Assembly: GCA_964497435.1 (NCBI GenBank)
Contig: CAZCCD010000006.1
Coordinates: 12,340-36,339 of the forward strand
From: Candidatus Woesearchaeota archaeon
GTDB lineage: Archaea > Nanobdellota > Nanobdellia > Pacearchaeales > GW2011-AR1
Direction: 5' to 3'
Length of the DNA: 24,000 nt
Shown: positions 1-9,800 of the stretch, piece by piece
How positions within the stretch are numbered: position 1 is the first letter of the stretch
Layout of the letters: every line of letters begins with the position of its first letter
Made by a program: the position numbers and the translations under genes
Notes under the pieces: model-generated
Databases searched by the model: none
What the model saw: only the letters and a program-made list of their open reading frames with translations
What the model was told of the DNA's origin: nothing

Positions 1-1
1 C

Positions 2-1672
2 ATACCTGACAAATCTTATAATAATGATACTAATCTGTTTTTGCAGCATCTAAATCAAATAATACAGAATTCCTTTAATAGCACTCCGGTTCCTAACGGC
101 TCGACAATTATAAAAGACAATATAAATAAATTTAATTTTTATTATATTGAAAAGGAGGGTGAGATTAATTGGAACACCTATGAAATTAAACCACCTGAAA
201 ATTTTTATGAAGAATGTTCTTTCTATGATGGGGCTGCAATGGTACATCTAGATGATCATAGAGATTTCTCGCTAGGAATAATGTTCACTTCTGAGAATTA
301 TAATTTCGGCACTATATTGCATGAATTTGGACATTCTATATTTGGTTTGGCTGATGAATATTGTTGCGATAGCTACTACTTCGAGCCAGAACCGTACAAA
401 AATATATGGATTTCTAATTCAAGCTGCAGGAATGATATGACATCAGAAGGCTGGGATCCAAATGCTTGTTATGAGTTTTGCCCTGCCGGTGTAGGGAATT
501 GTGAGAGTGGCTGGTGGAGATCAGACCCTCTGCCTGATATTATGGAGGATGACGGTAATGAGATAGTTCCGCCTTTCCAGCAGGCTGATCTAAGGAATAT
601 AAACTGGAAGTTTAATCTATACACTAATTTATTAAGTCAAAGTTTATCGACAAGTAAAGATAAGACAGCAATTATAAAAATACTTTTTGAGGGGAATCAA
701 ATATTATTGGGCAATATTAAGATAATCTATAACAATGCGTCTGATATTTCTGAATCGTTCGGGCATTATAATGTGATCCTGTTTGGTGACAATAATACAG
801 TTGCCAGAAACATTTCATTATGGGATCCTAAAATAATTATAACAGAAAATGAATCTGTTATTCTTAACGAAACTAATCTGACATTTAGCCTTCCTTTAAC
901 ATTAAAAGAAGACCGCATGGATATACTAGATACATTAGGTAATCTTAAATTGAGAGTAAATTTAACTCAGCCTATAAAAGATTTCTGTAGTTTTGGTGAT
1001 GGTGCCTGCGATCCTGATTGTTTCATAGGAACAGATCCTGATTGTCCCACTTACACATGCGGTGACGTCAACGGCAATGGTGTGATTAATTCAGCTGATA
1101 TAATCTATTTAGTTAACTATGTGTTTAAAGGAGGTCCTGCTCCCGAGCCTATTGAAACAGGAGATGTAAATAATAATGGAGCTATTAACTCAGCAGACAT
1201 AATCTATTTAGTAAATTATATCTTTAAAGGAGGATCATCTCCTGTTTGTGGAATTACTGTATCTACAACACAAACAAGCTATTCACAAACAGAACTACAA
1301 GAAACACAAACAGCTTTAAATAATGCTGGGATTAATGTTGACATAATTCCTCCAGTAAGATCAAATGGAAAACCTACTGGAACTTTGTCTAGTGGAACAA
1401 AAAGCACAACAATCTCATTAATAACAAATGAGGCATCTACATGTAAATACTCAATAACTTCAGGAGTGAGTTATGATTCAATACAGAATATTTTTACAAC
1501 AACCAATAACACAAATCACACGCAAACCATAACAGGTTTAACAAATGGAAAAACATATAACTATTATGTTAAATGTAAAGACAGTTCAGGAAATGCAAAT
1601 CAAGATGATTATTTGATTAGTTTTTCAATTGCTTCAACAAAAATAATCCCGAAAGTTGTAGGAGTTGAATAA
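2..1672 (+). CDS. Secreted zinc metallopeptidase (M64-like) with two dockerin-type repeats and a C-terminal Ig/Fn3-like domain; 5' end cut by the window edge
   Basis: The frame stays open from position 2 to the left edge (no stop before the TTG at 41), so the N-terminus lies upstream. Motif [14 protein letters not shown] is HExxH plus the GLADEY signature I associate with peptidase family M64. Two [25 protein letters not shown] repeats follow. The C-terminal TCKYS...[20 protein letters not shown] segment looks like a beta-sandwich domain. Confidence 0.75.
   Translation: MPDKSYNNDTNLFLQHLNQIIQNSFNSTPVPNGSTIIKDNINKFNFYYIEKEGEINWNTYEIKPPENFYEECSFYDGAAMVHLDDHRDFSLGIMFTSENYNFGTILHEFGHSIFGLADEYCCDSYYFEPEPYKNIWISNSSCRNDMTSEGWDPNACYEFCPAGVGNCESGWWRSDPLPDIMEDDGNEIVPPFQQADLRNINWKFNLYTNLLSQSLSTSKDKTAIIKILFEGNQILLGNIKIIYNNASDISESFGHYNVILFGDNNTVARNISLWDPKIIITENESVILNETNLTFSLPLTLKEDRMDILDTLGNLKLRVNLTQPIKDFCSFGDGACDPDCFIGTDPDCPTYTCGDVNGNGVINSADIIYLVNYVFKGGPAPEPIETGDVNNNGAINSADIIYLVNYIFKGGSSPVCGITVSTTQTSYSQTELQETQTALNNAGINVDIIPPVRSNGKPTGTLSSGTKSTTISLITNEASTCKYSITSGVSYDSIQNIFTTTNNTNHTQTITGLTNGKTYNYYVKCKDSSGNANQDDYLISFSIASTKIIPKVVGVE
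1061..1249 (+). repeat. Tandem dockerin-type (EF-hand-like Ca-binding) repeat pair inside the peptidase gene, 99-nt / 33-aa period
   Basis: [28 protein letters not shown] starts at 1061 and [28 protein letters not shown] at 1160. The similarity is visible at nucleotide level as well. Confidence 0.8.
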
Positions 1673-1681
1673 TAAAACAAA

Positions 1682-2008
1682 ATGAAACTATCATCAAAAA
1701 AATGCACACCATGTCAAGGAGGAATTCCGCCATTTAATTTAGAACAAATAAATGAATATAAGAAAAAAATAGACAAAGACTGGAAAGTCATTAATAATCA
1801 TCATCTTGAAAAAGAATTTAAGTTTAAAGATTTTAAAACTGCCTTAGATTTCACAAATAAAATTGGAAAGTTAGCTGAAAAAGAAGGGCATCATCCAGAT
1901 ATTTATCTTGCCTGGGGAAAAGTCAAAGTAATAACTTACACTCACAAAATCAACGGCTTGCATGTAAATGATTTTATTCTTGCTGCTAAGATTGATGAGA
2001 TAAAATGA
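1682..2008 (+). CDS. Pterin-4-alpha-carbinolamine dehydratase (PCD/DCoH family)
   Basis: 108 aa, the family's typical size. It carries the characteristic EGHHPD motif followed by the W..V.....TH pattern (EKEGHHPDIYLAWGKVKVITYTH). Confidence 0.85.
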   Translation: MKLSSKKCTPCQGGIPPFNLEQINEYKKKIDKDWKVINNHHLEKEFKFKDFKTALDFTNKIGKLAEKEGHHPDIYLAWGKVKVITYTHKINGLHVNDFILAAKIDEIK

Positions 2009-2430
2009 AAAAGGTTCTTTTTGTATGTATGAGTAATTCTAGAAGAAGCCAAATAGCAGAAGCTATTTTTAATCATATTAACAAAAATATAGATGTTAAA
2101 GCTGAAAGTGCGGGGATCAACCCTATTGGTGGAAATTATACAATAGACCCGAGTGTAATTAAAGTGTTAAATGAAATTGGGATAGAAACAAATTATCTTA
2201 AAGTTAAGAAAATAACAGAAGAGATGTTGAGAAACTCTAATAAAATTATAACCTTTAGATGTGCTGATAAATTGCCTTCAAAATATCAATCAAAAGCTGA
2301 AGATTGGCAGATAGGAAGAAGGAGAAATGTCGGAGAAAAACAATTAGAAAGAACAATAGAAGAATTAAGAGAAATGCGTGATATTATTTATAATAAAATA
2401 AAAAAACTAATTAAAAATATAAAAAAATAA
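2005..2430 (+). CDS. Low-molecular-weight phosphatase family protein (LMW-PTP / thioredoxin-type ArsC-like)
   Basis: N-terminal VLFVCMSNSRRSQIAE is a CX5R(S) P-loop. Length is 141 aa. ATGA overlap with the upstream gene (2005-2008). The second Cys pair of Trx-coupled ArsC is not evident, so the substrate is unclear. Confidence 0.7.
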   Translation: MKKVLFVCMSNSRRSQIAEAIFNHINKNIDVKAESAGINPIGGNYTIDPSVIKVLNEIGIETNYLKVKKITEEMLRNSNKIITFRCADKLPSKYQSKAEDWQIGRRRNVGEKQLERTIEELREMRDIIYNKIKKLIKNIKK

Positions 2431-2433
2431 AAT

Positions 2434-4881
2434 CTACGCAGGTTCTGAAGGAGATACTACATCAGTTTCAACAGCAACTCCTGCAGATGCAACACCCACA
2501 CCACCTACAACTCCACCTCTTTCATAGAAGTAATAAATATCTTCATAAGGCAGTTTAACAGATTCAATATAAGATAGATCATTTAGGTCATTTGCCTTTA
2601 CCATTGTCCTTGAAATTGTGTATAAAACATCATCCATGAATAATGACCTGTAAACAGCTGAGTTGTAATAATAATTTCCCTGTTCTGAAGCATTTTCAAC
2701 ATGGTCTACTTTTCCTCTCAAAGAAATTTCATCTTCGTTGAGTTTAAACACAAAAGCTCCTTGCCAGTATTCGTAAATAGGATATGGTGATGGTTCTACT
2801 CCAAAGGGTCCACCAGGACTTGAAACTCCAATTACTTTTGTATAAGATACAGGAAGGACTAACAATTCTCTTTCCTTGTCAAACAAGAAAGCCTTGTGTT
2901 CATACAATGCATTTGAATCAGACCATTGTTCTTTGACTTCATATTTTGCTTTTTCAATTGGGTTTGAAACATCAGAGACATCAAATACAGCTATCTTTAG
3001 GCCTTGGACTCTTCCTTCTTCTGTCGCTTCTTTGCCTATTCCTATAATATGATTTTCATCAAGAGGGTGTAGATAGTTTGAAAATCCTGTTACTTTCAAC
3101 TGGCCTAGGACTTCTGGAGATTTTGGATTAGATAAATCTATGACAAATAAAGGATCAACCTGTCTAAATGTAACCATGTAAGCCCTATCTCCAATGAATC
3201 TTGTCGAATAAATTTGTTCTCCTTTAGCTAAATCATCAACGCTTCCGACTATTTTTAAGTCAGAATCAAGAACATACATGTGATTTAAGCTAGGTGCTCT
3301 TGAACTCCATGTGTTTCCTGTTGTTGTGGCAATCCTGAAATAATTTTTATGTTCATCCATTGAAAACTGATTCAATATATGGCCTGGAACTTCACCATTT
3401 GTAATATAATCTATTTCCAACTCATCAACATTTATCTTATGGATGACTGTCTTCTCTGTCTTTTTTTGGAATTCTTCAGAAAATTTTTGGGTGTTTTCAT
3501 ATAACTTATTGTCAAATTCTTCTTTTTCATTTCCAGTTAGAGAGCTGGAATATTCTTGGACAATTTCTGAAACTTCCTGCGCTTTTTCATAGTATTGTTT
3601 ATCTGAATCCATTATTTCTTTTACATCACCAGCTTCTTTATTAGGAAGCAATGGAATAAATACTTCTTCAACAAGATCTTCGAAGTAAGTTTTATAGCTA
3701 ACTGTTTTTGTATAGGTTAAATAAATATTGTCTTCTGAAACATAGATGTTATAACTTGCTCCTGCCAAGTAAGTCTTGCTTTTATAATCTCCATTTTCAA
3801 TATCAACAGCCAGGATATTTGTGAAAACATAATTTGTGTCTGGGTAAGGAAAGTAAGCTATGTCTGTTACAGGGATTTCTTTTCTGACTCCGTCGACAGC
3901 AACATATGGAAGTATAATATCATCATAACCTGTATATTGATTGGCAATTAAATAAACATAGTTATCAATCATTCTTGCTGTAACATAATTTCCATCTAGA
4001 GATATTTCTTTTTCAAGTTCTGGAGATTCTCTGTCAGTTATATCATAAATAGATACAATTGTCTGAGAGTATTGCTTGTAATCCACAGAGAAGACAATTA
4101 ATTTGTCTTCATTTATGAACATCTCAAATGGATTACTTATGTTTATCTCACTTAGGATTTCCATGTTTTCTGCAGGGAAAGCATCAACTATTATTACTTG
4201 ATTTCCAGCAATCACGTAAATGTATTTTCCATCATTCTTTACTAAGTCAGGCTCATCGACTCCTTCAACCTGTATATTTGTTGTTGAATAATCTTCTGCA
4301 GATTTTTCTTGTGCACCACTTGTTGTTGCTGCGCTAGGTGCTCCTGAATCAATTGCTGCTTCAGCAACTCCTGCTGTCCCTATTCCTCCTGTTCCATAAA
4401 AGATTCCAGCTTCTTGGTTTTCTTTCAAGAAATTTTTCAATTCATTAATAGAATTAAATGTTTTAAAGTCATTAGAAAATTCTTCTTGCTTCTCTGGAAT
4501 AAATGCAATCAACGCTAATATTAATGCCCCTACAAAGATCAAGGGTATTACTGTCTTAAGAAGATTCATGTTAGGCCCTCTTTTTGGCGATATTACTATA
4601 TGTCGATTTGCTGGCTTATAAAGATTTATTTTTTTCCCTTTTTGACTCCAGAAAAAGTTCTTTGATTTTTCAACAAGTCCTGCTTCAACCAATTTTTTTA
4701 AATTATATTCAACTGTATTAAGTGGCATTTTCAAATCTTTAGAAATATCTTCTTCGCTCTTTTCTTTATTCTCTGCTAGATAATCTAAGATTTTCTTGCA
4801 GGTTTCACTTTTCAAAATCTCTGCAACTTTCTTGCTTCTCTCGTCGTCAAGATTCATCATTATGAATTTATCGTCAGCCAT
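2434..4881 (-). CDS. Membrane-anchored protein: N-terminal ArsR-type winged HTH, one TM helix, large extracytoplasmic beta-propeller domain (Beta_propel/PF09826-like)
   Basis: The N-terminus (KKVAEILKSETCKKILDYLAE...ISKDLKMPLNTVEYNLKKLVEAGLV) is wHTH-like. The hydrophobic segment LLKTVIPLIFVGALILALIAFIP follows. YSTTNIQVEGVDEPDLVKNDGKYIYV and the later repeats are typical of the secreted beta-propeller family. Confidence 0.8.
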   Translation of the reverse strand: MADDKFIMMNLDDERSKKVAEILKSETCKKILDYLAENKEKSEEDISKDLKMPLNTVEYNLKKLVEAGLVEKSKNFFWSQKGKKINLYKPANRHIVISPKRGPNMNLLKTVIPLIFVGALILALIAFIPEKQEEFSNDFKTFNSINELKNFLKENQEAGIFYGTGGIGTAGVAEAAIDSGAPSAATTSGAQEKSAEDYSTTNIQVEGVDEPDLVKNDGKYIYVIAGNQVIIVDAFPAENMEILSEINISNPFEMFINEDKLIVFSVDYKQYSQTIVSIYDITDRESPELEKEISLDGNYVTARMIDNYVYLIANQYTGYDDIILPYVAVDGVRKEIPVTDIAYFPYPDTNYVFTNILAVDIENGDYKSKTYLAGASYNIYVSEDNIYLTYTKTVSYKTYFEDLVEEVFIPLLPNKEAGDVKEIMDSDKQYYEKAQEVSEIVQEYSSSLTGNEKEEFDNKLYENTQKFSEEFQKKTEKTVIHKINVDELEIDYITNGEVPGHILNQFSMDEHKNYFRIATTTGNTWSSRAPSLNHMYVLDSDLKIVGSVDDLAKGEQIYSTRFIGDRAYMVTFRQVDPLFVIDLSNPKSPEVLGQLKVTGFSNYLHPLDENHIIGIGKEATEEGRVQGLKIAVFDVSDVSNPIEKAKYEVKEQWSDSNALYEHKAFLFDKERELLVLPVSYTKVIGVSSPGGPFGVEPSPYPIYEYWQGAFVFKLNEDEISLRGKVDHVENASEQGNYYYNSAVYRSLFMDDVLYTISRTMVKANDLNDLSYIESVKLPYEDIYYFYERGGVVGGVGVASAGVAVETDVVSPSEPA

Positions 4882-4902
4882 AGCATAGTAAGAATCCTGC
4901 TA

Positions 4903-4910
4903 TTTATAAA
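4903..4910. promoter_or_regulatory. Palindromic TATA-like box (TTTATAAA) in the divergent intergenic region, about 25 nt upstream of the minus-strand ATG at 4881
   Basis: Sequence and spacing fit an archaeal TATA box driving a leaderless transcript. No experimental support. Confidence 0.4.
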
Positions 4911-4983
4911 TAAAGCGAAGTGTTCAATGGAGGTTGAAGTTATGTATAGAAAAGCTTAAAAGTGCATATCATTAAGTCTGGCA

Positions 4984-5883
4984 ATGGGATTAAAAAAATT
5001 GGGTATGCTTGCAGCCGGTTTAACAGTATGGTACGCTTTAAATGGGACTCCTAAAAACTATGAACGGGAAAGGAATAGATACCCACTACCTCAAGAGATA
5101 GAGGTTAAAAATTGTTCATATCACCGAAATAATTCAAAAGGTACTCATGATGAAATTATCTACGGAAATCCTACTTCTAAAAAATTAGATATGATAATTA
5201 AAACCGAGGAAATCGACTTTCATAAAGATTTTGTTATCGAAACTGATAGATACAGATTAGTAAAGGATAAAGATTGGTTGCCGTCTAGGCTTATAGGACA
5301 TACTCTTTCAATGCCTGGAAAACTATTATTTTGGAATTGGGATTATGCGTTGGGGCAAGATGAAGAAAGAGCGAAAGCAACCTTATCTATGTTAGAAAAA
5401 GACAAAACAGTAAAAGATATAACATTAAGATTAAATCATAATGAAGCTTTTTATGATATGTGGAGAATGTTCACAGATAAAAAACTTAGAGAAAGAAACA
5501 ATTTTTTTGCAAGAGTTTTAATAGGTATACCCGTAACTATGTTTGATGAAATCTGGGCAGAGTTTAGTAGAGGCAGTTATTACAATCCACTAACTGGAAC
5601 AGTCGTTTGTTATAGTAATATAGAATCCGTAACAGCGCATGAACTTGGACATCACAAAGATTTTCAAAGGTTTAGTTCTGATTGGGAATATGAGTTGTTT
5701 AGATTTTTGCCACCTGTGATGCTCTACCAGGAATGGAAGGCAAGCACAATTGCAAGAGATAATTTGATGATTAAGGAAGATAGATGGCAATTTAATAGAT
5801 ATCTAATTCCCGCATTTGCAACTTATGTTTTAGCTTCCATGGCAATAATAAGAAAGTGGTTAAAAAAGATAGATGAAGATTAA
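4984..5883 (+). CDS. Putative membrane-associated zinc metalloprotease-like protein (HExxH), family unknown
   Basis: 299-aa ORF with an N-terminal hydrophobic segment (LGMLAAGLTVWYAL) after basic residues. It has an HELGHHKDF motif and a C-terminal hydrophobic segment (YLIPAFATYVLASMAII) followed by RKWLKK. I recognise no family. Confidence 0.55.
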   Translation: MGLKKLGMLAAGLTVWYALNGTPKNYERERNRYPLPQEIEVKNCSYHRNNSKGTHDEIIYGNPTSKKLDMIIKTEEIDFHKDFVIETDRYRLVKDKDWLPSRLIGHTLSMPGKLLFWNWDYALGQDEERAKATLSMLEKDKTVKDITLRLNHNEAFYDMWRMFTDKKLRERNNFFARVLIGIPVTMFDEIWAEFSRGSYYNPLTGTVVCYSNIESVTAHELGHHKDFQRFSSDWEYELFRFLPPVMLYQEWKASTIARDNLMIKEDRWQFNRYLIPAFATYVLASMAIIRKWLKKIDED

Positions 5884-6017
5884 TTTAATATATGTTTTTT
5901 ATCTTCTGATCTGGGCAGATGATTTTAAGACGGATAGGAAGATAGTCTGTCAAATCCATAAAATTATTCATTTTTTATGTTTAAATAAATTTGTACAGAA
6001 TATGTAAAGTTAATTGA

Positions 6018-6242
6018 TTATTGAGAATCGTATTCTGAATAGGTATGAGAATATCTAACATCAGTCCATTTAGAAGCATTCCCTGGAACATGCGTAGGAA
6101 CCCCAAGATATTTCATCTCACTGTTAAGAAAATCTGTAGCTTTCTGTATGCTATCAATTTTAACAATACCTTCTCCCTCATTTACTCTTTCTAATATAAC
6201 ATCAACTAACTGCTGAACATCCTTGTTTGATCTTCTTGTCAT
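6018..6242 (-). CDS. Hypothetical small protein (74 aa)
   Basis: The ORF stands alone in an otherwise non-coding gap. A TATA-like ATTTAAAAAG lies about 25 nt upstream of its ATG. No recognisable motif. Confidence 0.5.
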   Translation of the reverse strand: MTRRSNKDVQQLVDVILERVNEGEGIVKIDSIQKATDFLNSEMKYLGVPTHVPGNASKWTDVRYSHTYSEYDSQ

Positions 6243-6337
6243 GTTATATTTACAATAAATGGATTTAAAAAGTTTGTCTCTCCTAAAAAATAATTATAAA
6301 CATTTAAATAGTTTTTATATAATTACTTTCTTGCAAA

Positions 6338-6401
6338 ATACAACTAATAGTAAGTTACAAAGGGGTAATATACAACCTATTGTATATTATTGGTTGTATA
6401 T
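6338..6401. promoter_or_regulatory. Candidate operator/promoter of nrdR-nrdJ: a 34-bp near-perfect palindrome plus an ATACAAC-type box 32 bp upstream
   Basis: ATATACAACCTATTGTATATTATTGGTTGTATAT (6368-6401) has perfect outer 10-bp arms, and 14 of 17 mirrored positions pair. ATACAAC occurs at 6338-6344 and 6370-6376. The TATA-like TATATTAT (6383-6390) sits inside the palindrome, about 24 nt from the ATG. Confidence 0.45.
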
Positions 6402-6409
6402 AGAAAACA

Positions 6410-6847
6410 ATGGACTGTCCATACTGTTCACATAAAGAATTCAAAGTCACTGACAAAAGAGCATCTCCTGAAGGAATAAGGAGGAGAAGAGAATGTTTAA
6501 AGTGCAAAAAAAGATTCACGACATATGAGAGAATAGAAAAAAGTGAGCTTTATGTCATAAAAAAAGATAATAGAAGAGAAAAATTTGATACAAATAAATT
6601 AAGTGCTGGAATACACAGGGCGTTTGAGAAAAGGCCTGTGTCGAGCGAGGTTATAGATAAAATGATAGGGGAAATTGAGGAACAAATAAGAAAAAGCGGG
6701 AAAAAAGAGGTGAAGAGTTCTACTATAGGAGAGTTAGTCATGAAGAAAATGAAAAAGATGGACAATGTTGCATATATTAGATTTGCATCTGTGTATCGTG
6801 ATTTTCAAGACATAAAAGATTTTAAACGCGAGATGAAGGAGTTGTGA
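6410..6847 (+). CDS. nrdR: NrdR transcriptional repressor (zinc ribbon + ATP-cone)
   Basis: MDCPYCSHKEFKVTDKR...RRRRECLKCKKRFTTYERIE is the canonical NrdR CxxC...CxxC zinc ribbon. It is followed by the ATP-cone pattern (VIKKDNRREKFDTNKL...YIRFASVYRDF). The stop lies 1 nt before the nrdJ ATG. Confidence 0.9.
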   Translation: MDCPYCSHKEFKVTDKRASPEGIRRRRECLKCKKRFTTYERIEKSELYVIKKDNRREKFDTNKLSAGIHRAFEKRPVSSEVIDKMIGEIEEQIRKSGKKEVKSSTIGELVMKKMKKMDNVAYIRFASVYRDFQDIKDFKREMKEL

Positions 6848-6848
6848 A

Positions 6849-9800
6849 ATGAGTAATGAAGGAAGGGAAGCATATGGCGCAAGAAACAGACAATTGCTTG
6901 AGAGAATCGGTCCTTTAATTGAAGATTTTGAAGCCACGGTAAATAGAGATGGAAAAGAAGAAAGGATAAAATTGTATGACCCCTCTACAGTCATTCATAG
7001 ACTCAGTGCTCACCCAGATTATGTGGTAGAAAGGACTCTTGGCACTCTAAATGATGAAGTTTTGTCTGGAGATCCTAATAAAGCAAATTATAGTAAGATA
7101 GTTCTTGATAAATGGGGTAGAAAAGATCCTGTAACAAAAAGATATAGCGAAACTCCTGAGATGGTTTTCTATAGGGCAGCCCTAAGTGTTGCTGAAGGTT
7201 TAGTTAAAAATGATCCTTCTCTTGATTTTGAACAAACAACAAGAAATATATTTGAGAAATTTTTCAATAAAGAGATTTACCCAAACACCCCTTATATGGC
7301 AAATGGAGGACATAAAAGAATTTCTAGAAAAATTGAGGAGGCATTAACAAGTTATGGTGGTCAAATACCAAAAACAATTACAAATGATTTAGAACAAGAA
7401 AGAAAAATAAAAGAGCAACTATTCGCTTGTTTTGTTCTCCCTTTATATGACTCAAGAGAGAGTATATTCAAAACACTAATTGATGCGGCAAATATCCAAG
7501 CTTCTGTTGGTGGGACAGGATTTAATTATGAATTGAGGCCTGCTAATGAGATTGTTCATGGAACAGGTGGAACAACTGATGGCCCTGTCTCGTTTATGAG
7601 AATGTTTTCTGAAGTTTTAGGCAGAACTATGAATCAAGGAGGGAAAAGAGAGGGAGCAAATATGTTTATGCTTGACTGGAATCATCCTGACATAATGAGA
7701 TTTATTTATTCAAAAAGGCAAGATGGTGAGATTTCTGCTGCAAACATATCTATAGCCGTAGATCATGAGTTTATTGAAGCGGCCAAAAGTGATGGAGATA
7801 AGAAATTTTATCGCTTAAAAAATGTGCATCATCATCCAGAACTTAGACCACACATATCTCCTTTCTATACTGCCGATCAACTGAAACAATCAATTGAGGT
7901 AACTAAAATTAACAGAAAAGCAGTTGCTTCATTGTTGTTAGGAGAAAATGGAGTAGATGTTTTAAGCCCATGGCTTCCTGAAGGGTTAGACGAAGAATAT
8001 AAAGTTATAGGTAAAATCGGAGAGGATGGATATGTATATCTGGATGCCAAAAAAGTCATAAGACATCTTGCTTTTGGTGCATGGTTTAATGGAGAACCTG
8101 GAGTAATATTTACAGGCCATATAAATGATCATAATCCAACTCACCCAAGACACTATGAAGAATATTTATTAGAACAAAAAGATCAGGAAGCACAGAGTAT
8201 TGTTAATACCCTTAGATCAAGGAACCCTAATGCATCTTTAGAAGATTTGGTTCATAAATATGTTTGGGAAATGGGTGAAGATGGAAGACTTAAAAATCTG
8301 CCTGTTGGTGTCGGGGTTATCAGAGCAACTAACCCATGTGGAGAAAAACCATTGCTTCCTCATGAGGCCTGTGTTTTAGGGCATGTAAATTTAGAGAAGA
8401 TTTTAGTTACGGATTCTGTTTCGCAATCTGGGTATAGAGTTGATTATGACAAATTTGCGGCTGATACTAGACTAATGTATGAAATTTTAGATAATGCAAT
8501 TGACCAAAATGAGTTTACAACTCCTGAAATAGAAGTAACGCAAAAAAGCAACAGGAAAGTTGGCTTGGGTTTTATGGGTTTGGCAAATATGTTATATAGA
8601 TTAGAAATTCCTTACAATTCAGAAGAAGGACGGAAATTTGTGGATGAATTACTAACTTTCTGGGAGAGGGAAAGTGATAAATCTTCATTTGAAAAGGCTG
8701 ATAAATTTGGAGCTTTTCCTAATTTTAAGTATAGTCATCATAAGAATGGAAGACAAAAAAGAAATGCTATAGTAAGAACACTTGCTCCAACAGGAACTAC
8801 TGGATTTGTGGCGCAAACAACCGGGGGAATGGAACCAGAATACGCTCTTGCTTATACAAGAACCACAATGCAAGGAACTTCAATTGATATGTTTAATCCT
8901 GTATTAGAAGAAAAACTTGATAAGTATTCTTTTTTCTTTGGGGCTGATACAAGAGAGAGTTTACATGAATTTATAATGGGAAATAAAGGAATCTCTACTA
9001 CTGGCGGCTCCTTGCAAGAATTTAATATAACAAGACAAAAAGGAGAAAGTGTTGATTCTTTTAGAGCAAGACAACAAAATCTAAACAAAATTAAGAAAAT
9101 ATTCGTTACAGCATATGATATTCTGCCTGAAGATCACCTGACAATGGAAGCTATTGTGCAAAGGCATGTTGATGATGCAATAAGTAAAACAACTAACTTC
9201 AGACATAATGCGAGTGTGGAAGAGGTTGAGGGGGCCTTTTTGCTAGCTCATGAGCTAGGAATTAAAGGAGTTACTTTTTATAGGGATGGGACTAGAAAAG
9301 ACCAGCCATTAAAAGTTAAGGGGCAAAAATACAGTAATGAAACTTCAAATGGAAATTTAGCAGATCTTGTTTTAACTTATATAAACAGGCCACGACCAGA
9401 AATTGTTTCTGGGCCAGAAATAAAAATCAGGACTCCTTATGATTATAACGCTTTTGTGAGGGTTGGTTGGGAGAGAAACGAACAAGGAAAACCTATTTCA
9501 ACTTATGAGGCATTTGTTAATCTTGGGAAGACTGGAGAAGATTTGCCGGCAATAGCTGAAGGATATGGGAGATTAATTTCTTTAGCTCTTAAAGCTGGTG
9601 TGCCGGCGCATATTGTTTCTAATGAATTAGTAGGAATTGGTGGGGCTACTCAAAAAGGGTTTGGAGAGGAAAGAGTAATGTCGCTCCCAGATGCTATAGG
9701 TCAGGCCATAGATAAAGCTATTGAGCAAGAAAGCAGGTTGTCTGGAATGTACAATGGAAATGAAAAAAAGGATGTTACAAAAAGTGGAAATCTCTGCCCG

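Noticed and set aside
5895-5960. Possible C/D-box sRNA in the intergenic region after the HExxH gene (CTGA and AGATGAT strings).
   Set aside because: The box order and sequences do not fit: there is no RUGAUGA, and CTGA lies upstream of the C-like box. There is no terminal stem either.
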